Assembly (NCBI GenBank): GCA_016700135.1
Contig: CP065004.1
Span: 1,320,001-1,352,000 of the forward strand
Reading direction: 5' to 3'
DNA: 32,000 nt
Source: Candidatus Saccharimonadota bacterium
GTDB lineage: Bacteria > Patescibacteriota > Microgenomatia > UBA1406 > GWC2-37-13
Below the pieces are notes generated by a model. It did no database searches, was not told the DNA's origin, and saw nothing but the letters and a program-made list of their open reading frames with translations. Shown here one piece after another: positions 7,179 to 15,582 of this stretch. How positions within the stretch are numbered: the first letter of the stretch is position 1; each line of letters begins with the position of its first letter. A program made the position numbers and the translations under genes.

Positions 7179-8516
7179 ATGCACGTTCGAACTACAAGTA
7201 GGTTCTGGATTCTGTCCCTCGTGACAGTGATCCTAATGAACCTCGTCCCGATGGGTGTCGTAAACGCAGCGCCGAACGCTGTTGCGATCACCGTCATGCC
7301 CGTCACAACTGCTCCGGAAGCTTTTACCATGGATGTCCAGCTGACCACGCCTCCGGCTGGTGGACTCGAATCGTTTAGGCTCGTGCTGGATATCCCGGCC
7401 GACCTGACGATCGTCGGTGTCACCAAAACCGGAACAGCCATGGATGGAGGGCTCATACAGCACTCCGTGAGTGGCAACCAACTCACCGTGGCCGGCGCAA
7501 TCGCCACACCGATCAACACTGCGAACGCTGTCATCGTCAAACTGCAGCTTGAAATCCTGCAGATCACCGATGATATCGAATACACAATCAGCGGTGTGGG
7601 TCGTGTGAACGAAGTGGATCTGCTGCCCGGCGCAGTCACCTCAGGTATCGCCAGGATCGAAATGGTCGATCTGACCGGTACTCTTACCAGTTGGGACGGC
7701 AAAGATGTCGCAGGAGCACATGTTACTCTCACCGGTGCAACGACCTCTTTGGACACAACCACGGATGCTTCCGGTACCTATGCACTACGTGTCGGTAAGG
7801 TAGAAAACCAGACGGAAAGTTTTGTCTGGGGTGAACCTATCGAAACCGATACGTACATCAGCGAGCAGGATGCTTCAGAAGCTTTGAAAACTGCAGTCGG
7901 AACGTCAAGTTGCCCCACGCAGGCCGGCGACATCACCGGGAACGGTGAAGTCACAGAGCAGGATGCAGCTAATTTCCTGCAGATTGCTCTTGATCCCGCA
8001 AGCTACACACCACAGGTGACCTTCGTACCCAATGACGTCTCTTTACCGAACTTTAGGACTGATAGGGTACAGGACAGCACTTCGTACATCCTCGGGGACT
8101 GTTCTGGGAATTACTCGTGGCTTTCGGGCGTCACCGGCGGTATGGTCATGAGCATCGCTGCTCCGACCGCCACTGTTGAGGGCGATACCATCACTCTGAA
8201 CTTTCCCGACGCTGAGTCCACGAAGTTCTATCTGGATGGTTTGCCTGAGGATTCCAAGCTCGAGGTCGCGATCTACGATCTGGCCCGCTCAGCTGAAGTA
8301 AACGCAATGGCCGCTACACGCGGCAATATTGTCGTTGTCGCCGCTGCCGAAGCAGGCTTCATCGTGGAAGTGAAAGTCATGTCCTCTAATCAACAACCCG
8401 TCGTCCTCAGTTTGCGCGGACGCACCAACGAGTCAGCGTATACTGAATGGGGTGTTGTGAACGTGACTCCTTCACAACGGTTGGAGTACGTGTTCCTTCC
8501 CGCAATGATGCGGTAA
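7179..8516 (+). CDS. secreted cohesin-like / CarboxypepD_reg-like / dockerin-like modular protein
   Basis: It has a signal peptide (RFWILSLVTVILMNLVPMGVVNAA) and a cohesin-like beta-sandwich segment (VAITVMPV...FTMDVQL...FRLVLDIP...LTVAGA). It also has a VDLTGTLTSWDGKDVAGAHVTLTG...TTDASGTYALRV module and an EF-hand-like dockerin loop (GDITGNGEVTEQDAANFLQ). GC content is much higher than in its neighbours. Confidence 0.65.
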   Translation: MHVRTTSRFWILSLVTVILMNLVPMGVVNAAPNAVAITVMPVTTAPEAFTMDVQLTTPPAGGLESFRLVLDIPADLTIVGVTKTGTAMDGGLIQHSVSGNQLTVAGAIATPINTANAVIVKLQLEILQITDDIEYTISGVGRVNEVDLLPGAVTSGIARIEMVDLTGTLTSWDGKDVAGAHVTLTGATTSLDTTTDASGTYALRVGKVENQTESFVWGEPIETDTYISEQDASEALKTAVGTSSCPTQAGDITGNGEVTEQDAANFLQIALDPASYTPQVTFVPNDVSLPNFRTDRVQDSTSYILGDCSGNYSWLSGVTGGMVMSIAAPTATVEGDTITLNFPDAESTKFYLDGLPEDSKLEVAIYDLARSAEVNAMAATRGNIVVVAAAEAGFIVEVKVMSSNQQPVVLSLRGRTNESAYTEWGVVNVTPSQRLEYVFLPAMMR

Positions 8517-8557
8517 GTTGCTCCGTATCATCGGTTCATGGTTAAGTTGATCTAGAG

Positions 8558-8587
8558 GTGGAGGCGGGCGTGTACGCCCGCCTCCAC
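8558..8587 (+). terminator. strong GC hairpin after the cohesin-like gene
   Basis: gtggaggcgggcg (8558-8570), loop tgta, cgcccgcctccac (8575-8587), followed by a T-rich tail (tgactttcttt). Confidence 0.8.
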
Positions 8588-8629
8588 TGACTTTCTTTAT
8601 AAAGCCCTTACATTTTATACCCTATAGCA

Positions 8630-8658
8630 TTGACGTGCGTATCATTATTGTGTATAGT
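8630..8658 (+). promoter_or_regulatory. near-consensus sigma70-type promoter
   Basis: TTGACG (8630-8635), a 17-nt spacer ending in TG, then TATAGT (8653-8658). It lies about 55 nt upstream of the GTG at 8716. Confidence 0.6.
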
Positions 8659-8715
8659 ATCACCAATCGTCCCTAAAGCATGGGAAGTACTCACCCCTCA
8701 ACAAAGGAGGTAATC

Positions 8716-8901
8716 GTGGCAAAGCGTGTACAGTGTACCCATCAAGGCTGTAAAAAATGGATGGTAGAAGACTACAGAGAATATGAAGGCAGAAAAGCTT
8801 GGACCAATAACAAGGTGTACACTCTGTATTTTATCTGTCCGGACGGCCACACAGATAATTGGAAGGAAGAGATCGTAGGAACGGCCAATGATCCGGACTG
8901 A
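8716..8901 (+). CDS. small Cys/His-rich protein (possible zinc ribbon), function unknown
   Basis: The GTG at 8716 is preceded by AAAGGAGGT with a 5-nt spacing. The product starts VAKRVQCTHQGCKKW...FICPDGHTDNW (C-x-H-x2-C ... C-x3-H). The ORF-track start at 8680 has no RBS. Confidence 0.5.
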   Translation: MAKRVQCTHQGCKKWMVEDYREYEGRKAWTNNKVYTLYFICPDGHTDNWKEEIVGTANDPD

Positions 8902-9176
8902 TAGATCGAACCTTCACATCGGTCTTGGGCTACTCGAAAGAGCGGCCCAAGACCACTATCCCTTCAATAACTTTTTCCAAATTTCCCATAAAAAAGACCC
9001 GGATAAACCGAGCCTTTTGCCTGTGACCCCGATGCACTTTGTTTCGAACTCTTTCTCCCTTGGATTCATAAATTAATGCTTGCATATCCTCAGCAAGAAG
9101 AGAAAAAAGAGAAACCTCAAAGTTTACCTCCAAGGTCTTTACCCACTTATTATATTAAAAAGATTAATTAACCCCT

Positions 9177-9629
9177 ATGTTTTTTAACAGGTCTAAATCA
9201 TATAAATCTGAGTTATTTAACGAAAAGACATTTTATGAGAAATTTTTGAAAGACTTGGAGTTAGCTAAGAAGGAAGTGGTAATTGAAAGCCCTTATATTA
9301 CTGCTAACAGAATGGAAACTTTCAACCACGTCTTTCAACGTATTTTAAATAAAAAAATTAAGATACATCTAATAACCCGAGATCCTGTTGAACATGATGA
9401 TGAGTACTTAAAACATCAGGCAGTAAACGAGATACTCAGATGTAAAGAGCTTGGTATGCAACTTACACTTCTTAATGGCTACCATCACCGCAAGTTAGCA
9501 TTTATAGATAGAAAAATTCTTTGGGAAGGAAGTCTAAATATCCTCTCCTACAATAAGAGTTTAGAAATTATGAGAAGGATAGAAGATGAATCTTCAGTAA
9601 GACAAATGCTCAGGTTTATCAAACTTTAA
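9177..9629 (+). CDS. single-HKD phospholipase D-family nuclease (Nuc-like)
   Basis: 150 aa with one HxK(x)4D motif and its downstream GS-N signature: YHHRKLAFIDRKILWEGSLNIL. The size matches the dimeric Nuc-type endonucleases. Confidence 0.8.
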   Translation: MFFNRSKSYKSELFNEKTFYEKFLKDLELAKKEVVIESPYITANRMETFNHVFQRILNKKIKIHLITRDPVEHDDEYLKHQAVNEILRCKELGMQLTLLNGYHHRKLAFIDRKILWEGSLNILSYNKSLEIMRRIEDESSVRQMLRFIKL

Positions 9630-9631
9630 TC

Positions 9632-9841
9632 TTAGCGATTCTCTAGTGGAAACTTCAATTTAATTTTTAACGCTTTAGCAATTGAATCTACAACATCTAC
9701 AGTAGGATTAACTTCTCCACGCTCAATACGAGCATAGTAATTTACATGAATATCCGCCTTCTCAGCTACTTGCGCCTGAGTCATATTGGCCTTTATTCGA
9801 GCATTTTTTAGTATTTTTGCTAGTTGTTCTTGTGAACCCAT
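9632..9841 (-). CDS. XRE-family helix-turn-helix transcriptional regulator
   Basis: 69 aa. LKNARIKANMTQAQVAEKADIHVNYYARIERGEVNPT is a classic Cro/CI HTH. Confidence 0.85.
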   Translation of the reverse strand: MGSQEQLAKILKNARIKANMTQAQVAEKADIHVNYYARIERGEVNPTVDVVDSIAKALKIKLKFPLENR

Positions 9842-9863
9842 ATTTTATTACCTCTCCTGGTAA

Positions 9864-9892
9864 TTATACAACCTTTCTGGATAGTTGTATAA
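9864..9892. promoter_or_regulatory. candidate operator: 9-bp inverted repeat in the XRE/deaminase divergent intergenic region
   Basis: ttatacaac (9864-9872), an 11-nt spacer, then gttgtataa (9884-9892). Confidence 0.5.
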
Positions 9893-9922
9893 AGAAACTT
9901 ATTTTCTGATAAAATAGAGAAA

Positions 9923-10648
9923 ATGAGCACAAAAACGTCTCCTACTAGCTTCATTTCTTGGGAAGAAATTAAACCATTTCTCGATATTGAGAAAAACAAA
10001 GATTTTCTTGAGAATATTGATTCTAAGACACTTCAATTAATATTAGATGAGAATAGTAAATCTCATGTAGTAGAGTCTGTTTTGAAGATGCTTAAAAAAA
10101 GAGAGCCCGAAAATGCTACTCAAGAATATGCAGAAGAACTTGCAGAACTTATGAAGAAAACAGCCCTAAATTTTTTAGAAGAAAAAGACAAGCAGTATTT
10201 AAAATTGGCAGTAGAGCAAGCAAGAAAATCTGTTGATAAGGGCGGCTTTCCTGCCGGTGCTATTGTTGTAAAAGATGGCAAAATTATCTCTGAAGGTATT
10301 AGTATTGGATACCTTATAAATGATCCTACGAGTCATGCTGAGACTGCATCAATGAGGGAGGCTTGCCAGAAACTAGAAACCTCTGATCTAACTGGATCCA
10401 CTTTATATGCATCTCTGCATCCTTGTCTTATGTGTTTTTCAGTAGCTAACTGGTCGGGTATTTCTAGGATTGTATATGGATGTCGTAAAACAGAAGATAT
10501 GGTACAGAAGCGATACTATGAAGGGGTTACAGATGTAAGCAAGGTTAATGAAGAAAATACCAGAAAAATTGAAATAGTTTGTATTCCAGACTATGAACTA
10601 GAAATGCTTGATTTAATTAAAGTTTGGGAAGATAAATTTTTAACCTAA
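9923..10648 (+). CDS. CDA-fold nucleoside/nucleotide deaminase (TadA/guanine-deaminase-like core) with an unassigned ~95-aa N-terminal extension
   Basis: The zinc motifs are SHAETASMREA and LHPCLMCFSV (H-A-E ... P-C-x-x-C). The N-terminal 95 aa has no motif I recognise. Confidence 0.8.
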   Translation: MSTKTSPTSFISWEEIKPFLDIEKNKDFLENIDSKTLQLILDENSKSHVVESVLKMLKKREPENATQEYAEELAELMKKTALNFLEEKDKQYLKLAVEQARKSVDKGGFPAGAIVVKDGKIISEGISIGYLINDPTSHAETASMREACQKLETSDLTGSTLYASLHPCLMCFSVANWSGISRIVYGCRKTEDMVQKRYYEGVTDVSKVNEENTRKIEIVCIPDYELEMLDLIKVWEDKFLT

Positions 10649-11088
10649 GGTAGTTTCTTTTCCAAAATTGCCTTACAAAAATCTCTATCTGAATCTGATA
10701 AGTAATCTAAGATATCCGGAACTTTGGACAAGTGATGTGGTTCTGATTTGGGAGCTTTCCAAAGTATTGCAACTCCCTTGTTAAAATCTGGTGTGAATCC
10801 ATAGCGATCAAAATCAACTTCATGCGGATCTTTAAAACCTCCCCAACGTAAAACATCTCTTCCAGCATAATAACTTTGTGTAGTGGTTGGGAGAGGATAT
10901 GCTGGAGTTGTTGCAAGTGAAGTCATAGCAGTACATATCCCTGAACCTAAAGTACATATATAGTCGGGTGGAGTGGTTATGTAACCTTTTTCAATGATAT
11001 CTTCAGTCAAAAACTTGTCCCAATCACTTGAGGTATCATTAATGAAATTAAGAGGTACTGTGCCGATTGCAGTAGCTTTGTTTACCAT
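10645..11088 (-). CDS. hypothetical protein, last gene of the T4SS-like operon (possible papain-like Cys/His peptidase)
   Basis: 147 aa. GSGICTAMTSL and a later EPHHLSKV faintly resemble the Cys and His boxes of C39/CHAP-like peptidases. This is a weak by-eye call only. Confidence 0.45.
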   Translation of the reverse strand: MVNKATAIGTVPLNFINDTSSDWDKFLTEDIIEKGYITTPPDYICTLGSGICTAMTSLATTPAYPLPTTTQSYYAGRDVLRWGGFKDPHEVDFDRYGFTPDFNKGVAILWKAPKSEPHHLSKVPDILDYLSDSDRDFCKAILEKKLP

Positions 11089-11099
11089 AAAAATAAGAA

Positions 11100-11894
11100 C
11101 TATTGAACAATATATAGATAGATTTTCTTTTTTTCTACTTGTTTAATTTTATCACCCATAATCTCATAATAAACCGCTTCCTCGCTCAACTCACCTTTAA
11201 AAGTAGCAAAGTAAGGATTTCCCTTCATTTCATAAATCAAACTCACAACACTTGGCACTTCCATCTTCTCTTCTCCTATAATCAAATAGTTTTTCTTGTT
11301 ATAAAGATCAATTTCTCCCATATAAACACGGTCCTTAATGACCGAAAAGTCTGTAACAAGATTCTGAGAAACGTAAATCTCTGTTTGTTTATTTGTAGCT
11401 GTATCTATGCTAACCAGCTTATTTTCTACAGTATTAGGATTAACTTTTGTCAGACACAAAACTTCCAGTTCATTTTTAATAAATCCTTTCTCGCAAAGTA
11501 CCCCTAGGTCTTTGTCATTTAAAAAAGTAGATTTGCCGTCATTTCGTAGTTTAAAACCATCAGCATAATCTAACAGTACTTCTTGAATGTCCTCCTTTGT
11601 TTTATCCGTCAGGTTATAAACATGGGTTATTTGCTCTGTTGGCTTAATAACAAACAAATACGGATAATGCACTGACACCCGATTCGGATACTGGGCAATG
11701 TTATATGTATCATCAAATGCATAGAGTGTGGAATTCTGAATATAAATTGAATTATTTTGTATTTCTGTTTCTAGTGAGGGTTGTTTCATAAAGTAATACC
11801 AGCCTGCCAGAAATATTCCCAGAGCAATTACTACTCCAAACTGCAGAAGCCTTCTTTGATTTGAATTTAACGGATTTAGCTGTATATCTTTCAT
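11100..11894 (-). CDS. membrane-anchored hypothetical protein in the T4SS-like operon
   Basis: 264 aa. It has one N-terminal TM helix (LLQFGVVIALGIFLAGWYYF) and is tightly packed with its neighbours (gaps of 2 nt and 11 nt). Confidence 0.55.
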   Translation of the reverse strand: MKDIQLNPLNSNQRRLLQFGVVIALGIFLAGWYYFMKQPSLETEIQNNSIYIQNSTLYAFDDTYNIAQYPNRVSVHYPYLFVIKPTEQITHVYNLTDKTKEDIQEVLLDYADGFKLRNDGKSTFLNDKDLGVLCEKGFIKNELEVLCLTKVNPNTVENKLVSIDTATNKQTEIYVSQNLVTDFSVIKDRVYMGEIDLYNKKNYLIIGEEKMEVPSVVSLIYEMKGNPYFATFKGELSEEAVYYEIMGDKIKQVEKKKIYLYIVQ

Positions 11895-11896
11895 AA

Positions 11897-12664
11897 TTAC
11901 TGTATATAGTTTAATGGATTTACTGCTTTCCAGGTATCACTATCTTTTGTATGGACTTCATAATGCACATGATCGCCTGTTGCAAAGCCGGTTCCTCCCA
12001 TAATCCCGATTGGTGTGCCTGCTGTTACTTTTCCTGATTCAACCAGCACAGTACTAAAGTGAATAAAGACTACTTTTATAGATTGATCGTCATTTGTAAT
12101 TTCTACTGTTTCACCGCCGTACTGATCTACATAATAATTAACCGTGCCATTGATAGTAGCAAACACTGCTACTTTGCCTGTTTCTTTAAACGTTTGACTG
12201 TTTTTGAAGTATTTTTCTGAAGGAATCAAATCAATCCCAATATGGTTCTTACCAAACTGCAGGTAATAATTGGGATCTAAAAAATAAGCTGTTACTTCTG
12301 AGTAACCGATATCTCCTCCGCCTAGTGGATTTTGTTTTGGTACAGCAGTTGAGATAAAGCTAGTGTCTGGAGGTATATTAAGCGTATTTTCAACAAAAAG
12401 TGATTTTATGCTTTCCATGAATCCATTACTAAGAAGCATTGGAGACATTAAAACGGTGCCGACAAGCATAATAAAAAAGAAGGCTAATATAATGAGTGAA
12501 GCTAAGAATCCGAGGATAGGTACTTTAATTTGCGAAACTACAACGCTAGGTAAGGGAAACGGCGCAAAGATATTTACAACAACTGTAATTAGCAAATCAA
12601 TTACAAATCCAATGGGATCGTTCTTTAACTGATTGAGTTTTTGCGCATAATTTAGAGCCTTCAT
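11897..12664 (-). CDS. M23/LytM-family metallopeptidase with N-terminal membrane segment (T4SS-associated cell-wall hydrolase)
   Basis: HIGIDL and GTGFATGDHVHYEVH (HxxxD ... HxH) motifs, plus hydrophobic N-terminal helices. Confidence 0.85.
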   Translation of the reverse strand: MKALNYAQKLNQLKNDPIGFVIDLLITVVVNIFAPFPLPSVVVSQIKVPILGFLASLIILAFFFIMLVGTVLMSPMLLSNGFMESIKSLFVENTLNIPPDTSFISTAVPKQNPLGGGDIGYSEVTAYFLDPNYYLQFGKNHIGIDLIPSEKYFKNSQTFKETGKVAVFATINGTVNYYVDQYGGETVEITNDDQSIKVVFIHFSTVLVESGKVTAGTPIGIMGGTGFATGDHVHYEVHTKDSDTWKAVNPLNYIQ

Positions 12665-12667
12665 AAC

Positions 12668-14776
12668 TTAATCGGTGAATACAAGCGGTTTTTCAAAGGG
12701 CAATACAGTAATATTCAGCCGTACGTGCTCACCTTCCCTAAACAGAATTACTTCTCCAATACTCAAATGTCCCATTTGTTTCTTCTCTTCATCTGTCATT
12801 GGGTAAATAGTTCCTATCTCTGATAAAGCGGCGTATGACTGCTTTAGCAGAATCTTTGTTTCTGAGTTGGTAATAATGGCTTTGCCGTAGTCGTTATGCA
12901 AAAAGTCTTCTACATCCTGAGTGATAGAAACCACACCTACATTTCTTTTTCTTGCCTGTTTTACCAGCTCTCGGTAAAACACAGCCACTTCCGGATCAAC
13001 TAACAGCTTGTGTGCTTCATCTATAAAAAGCATGCGCTTTTTATCGTTATTTTTATTCAGTAAATTCCAGATAAGAGAAGTTAAAAGATACATTGCTGGT
13101 TCTCTCTTTTCGTCTTTTCGCAAATTATGCAGATCAAGAACAATAATGTCGTTATCGAGTTCAAGTTTTCTGTCAGAGTTAAAAATTCCTCGCAGACTTC
13201 CTGTAGATAGAACGCTTAAATCTTTTTTCATTGGGTGATCTCCCAACAACTCAAGCATGTTTTCAAAGTTAGGAGTGCCGGAATCATAAAGCTTGATAAG
13301 TGTCTCATCGAGTAAAGCGCCGTCATAATGATCTGCAGGAATGAAAAATCTAAAGAAGGTTTTAAGTGTTGAGATATGGTCTAAAATATCATTCTCTCTA
13401 GAGCTATTTATGTAAAACGGATTAATGCCGTTGTCTCTTGAAAACTGAATTACCTCACCTCCAAGTTTTTTCGCTAAACCTACATACTCGCCTTCGGGAT
13501 CTATAGCCAGTATTTGAACTCCCCTCATATAGAGCCTGTTCATAAGTACTTTCGAAGTCACGCTTTTTCCAGAACCGGAAACTCCAAAAATATTGACGTT
13601 ATTGTTTCGTGAGGTAAATGGATCAATAAATACAAGGGATTCGTTGTAAGCATTTACTCCCATAAAAATCCCATCAGGATCATTTAGCTGTTTGGAAACA
13701 AACGGCATCAAATACGAAACAGCGGTAGACTGTAAAATTCTATTTTCCTGCAAGTGGTCTTGGGTAAAAGGAAGAAAGTTTTTAAAGGCTTGTTTGTGAC
13801 CAAAAGTATATTGATTAAAGGTTAAATCCATTGAGCCAGCAATAGTCTGAAGTTCTTTATGGTATGCTTTTAGCTCGTTTTCATCTTCTGCTTCCAACTG
13901 CAAATATAAAGCATACACAACTCCTTTTTCTTCCTCATGTACAAGTTCATCAATAAAGCTCATAACTTCACTTATGTTTTTGTCCAGCTGCTGATCTCGG
14001 ACTTTACCGCCTTTAACTCTTTCATTCTGCTGCATTTCCAGCACTGATAATCTTTGTCTTGCTTTCTTTAAGAGTTCAGCGCTGGAAGCAGGCTCAATAA
14101 ATACGCTGAGGGTAAATGGCAGTGGAGAAGTCAAAAGTCTAAAGAATATGTAGGGGCTTAAGTAAGCAGGAATATCAGCAAGATAATAATATCTTCGCAG
14201 TTTTTCACCAACTTCAATATGAGAACCATGCTCTTTTATATATTCGCTTTTGTAAAAACTGCTGTTTGTGCTATCAACTGTAATGCCGTTGCCATCCTTT
14301 TCTACATTAAAATGAAACCTTGCTCTATTGTTATTTAATACTTTTTCTCTATAATCATCCGATTCTTTTTTGTACTGGAATAGGTTTCTGGCGAATCGAA
14401 TATAATTACTGCTTTCTACTCTTCGAGGCTTTTTTACTGATGTAATTTCGTTTGATATGAATGGCGTTTTCCTAATTACCTCAGCCTGCTTATCGATTAT
14501 TTTCATTAAGCGCTTAACTTCCTCTTTGAGTGCTTGAGTTGCCGCATCTTTGGGGAGTTTTGATTCGCCATTGAAAAACTGCTTTTCGATTTTCTTTATA
14601 CCCTCAAGGCGTGTTTTAAGGTGCTTGTATTCTCGTTTTAGCTTGCGCAGTTCATCTTCCTGTTTTTCGCTGCTGTAGCGCAAATCAGATACTTGGTCTC
14701 TCAACTGAAAAGTGAGATTAAAGTTTTGAATGCTTTCTATCGTTTCTTGTATGGCGTTTTGTATTTTTTGTTTCAT
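12668..14776 (-). CDS. VirB4/TraC-like type IV secretion ATPase with N-terminal coiled-coil extension
   Basis: Walker A is FGVSGSGKSV and Walker B is MLFIDEAHKLL. The VirB4-type N-domain reads YYLADIPAYLSP...PFTLSVFIEP. The first ~140 aa are Lys/Glu-rich coiled coil. Confidence 0.85.
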   Translation of the reverse strand: MKQKIQNAIQETIESIQNFNLTFQLRDQVSDLRYSSEKQEDELRKLKREYKHLKTRLEGIKKIEKQFFNGESKLPKDAATQALKEEVKRLMKIIDKQAEVIRKTPFISNEITSVKKPRRVESSNYIRFARNLFQYKKESDDYREKVLNNNRARFHFNVEKDGNGITVDSTNSSFYKSEYIKEHGSHIEVGEKLRRYYYLADIPAYLSPYIFFRLLTSPLPFTLSVFIEPASSAELLKKARQRLSVLEMQQNERVKGGKVRDQQLDKNISEVMSFIDELVHEEEKGVVYALYLQLEAEDENELKAYHKELQTIAGSMDLTFNQYTFGHKQAFKNFLPFTQDHLQENRILQSTAVSYLMPFVSKQLNDPDGIFMGVNAYNESLVFIDPFTSRNNNVNIFGVSGSGKSVTSKVLMNRLYMRGVQILAIDPEGEYVGLAKKLGGEVIQFSRDNGINPFYINSSRENDILDHISTLKTFFRFFIPADHYDGALLDETLIKLYDSGTPNFENMLELLGDHPMKKDLSVLSTGSLRGIFNSDRKLELDNDIIVLDLHNLRKDEKREPAMYLLTSLIWNLLNKNNDKKRMLFIDEAHKLLVDPEVAVFYRELVKQARKRNVGVVSITQDVEDFLHNDYGKAIITNSETKILLKQSYAALSEIGTIYPMTDEEKKQMGHLSIGEVILFREGEHVRLNITVLPFEKPLVFTD

Positions 14777-15582
14777 CGCAGTATATTTTTCACAAAACTT
14801 GCTAATTCATTATTTTCGAGCGGTCTTATAGAAATTTGACAAAGAGATAGGTTAGCGGCAAAAGCACTGCTTATATCAAACAGCTTCTTAACTGCATTTT
14901 TCTTTGAGTCAACACTCTTAGGGTTACATGGAACAGCTATAACCGCATAGTGCTTAGTGATAAGAAAGTTATTGGTTTCTACCAGTTCAGTAAGGTTATC
15001 GATATATTCTTTAATCAATGGTTCTCTTTCTTGTGAGGCGTTATCGAAAAGCGAAAAGAAATGCCTTGAGTAGTCTTTACTCGAAGCCTGTTCTTTTTTA
15101 ACAATAAATTGAATCTGATTCGGCAGTGTATGAATAGCTTGTTTAAGTTTTACAAAAAAGTGTTCTCTGTCCTGATCATTTAACAGTGCGATATCAAATG
15201 GCTCAACTTCAAACACCTGCACTAGGCTGTTCTTTCGGATTATAAAATTATCCTGAATATCAAAATCTACAAAGTAAGGTTCAAGATTATGCGTTCGCAG
15301 TTCTTTTTTCTTTGTTTTAAAAGAGATAGCTCGAGGAACTACTTTATAAATAGGCTGATTATCTACTTTCTGTGTAATAAAGGCCACAAAAAATATTATT
15401 GAAACAAACAGTGATGATAAGTAGTACGACCAGCTGAAAAAATGCAGCAGGTAGAAAAACACTACATACAGCAGTCCGGCAATTATCAAGCTGCCGGAAA
15501 CCACAAGAGCAGTATCTGTAAAAAACAGACTTCTTAAAATGTGAGTTCTGATATCGTCTTTATATATCCTTACGCTTCTCAT
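14773..15582 (-). CDS. two-TM membrane protein (VirB3/PrgI-like position upstream of VirB4)
   Basis: 269 aa with two hydrophobic helices near the N-terminus. It shares a 4-nt ATGA-type overlap with the VirB4 gene. The assignment rests on position and topology only. Confidence 0.5.
   Translation of the reverse strand: MRSVRIYKDDIRTHILRSLFFTDTALVVSGSLIIAGLLYVVFFYLLHFFSWSYYLSSLFVSIIFFVAFITQKVDNQPIYKVVPRAISFKTKKKELRTHNLEPYFVDFDIQDNFIIRKNSLVQVFEVEPFDIALLNDQDREHFFVKLKQAIHTLPNQIQFIVKKEQASSKDYSRHFFSLFDNASQEREPLIKEYIDNLTELVETNNFLITKHYAVIAVPCNPKSVDSKKNAVKKLFDISSAFAANLSLCQISIRPLENNELASFVKNILR

Noticed and set aside
7157-7762. 201-aa minus-strand ORF (and 7233-7481) antisense to the cohesin-like gene
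   Set aside because: It is a shadow ORF of a GC-rich coding region. The product is low-complexity and Ser/Thr/Val/Pro/Ala-rich without motifs, while the plus-strand frame has a signal peptide and recognisable modules.
8888-9133. ORFs 8888-9076 (plus strand) and 8930-9133 (minus strand)
   Set aside because: They overlap each other, have no RBS and no recognisable motif, and span a hairpin and a compositional transition. I treated them as non-coding.
11139-13238. Plus-strand ORFs 11139-11507, 12363-12632 and 13008-13238 antisense to T4SS operon genes
   Set aside because: These are AT-rich antisense frames with Phe/Ile/Lys/Asn-rich junk translations. The minus-strand genes carry clear motifs.
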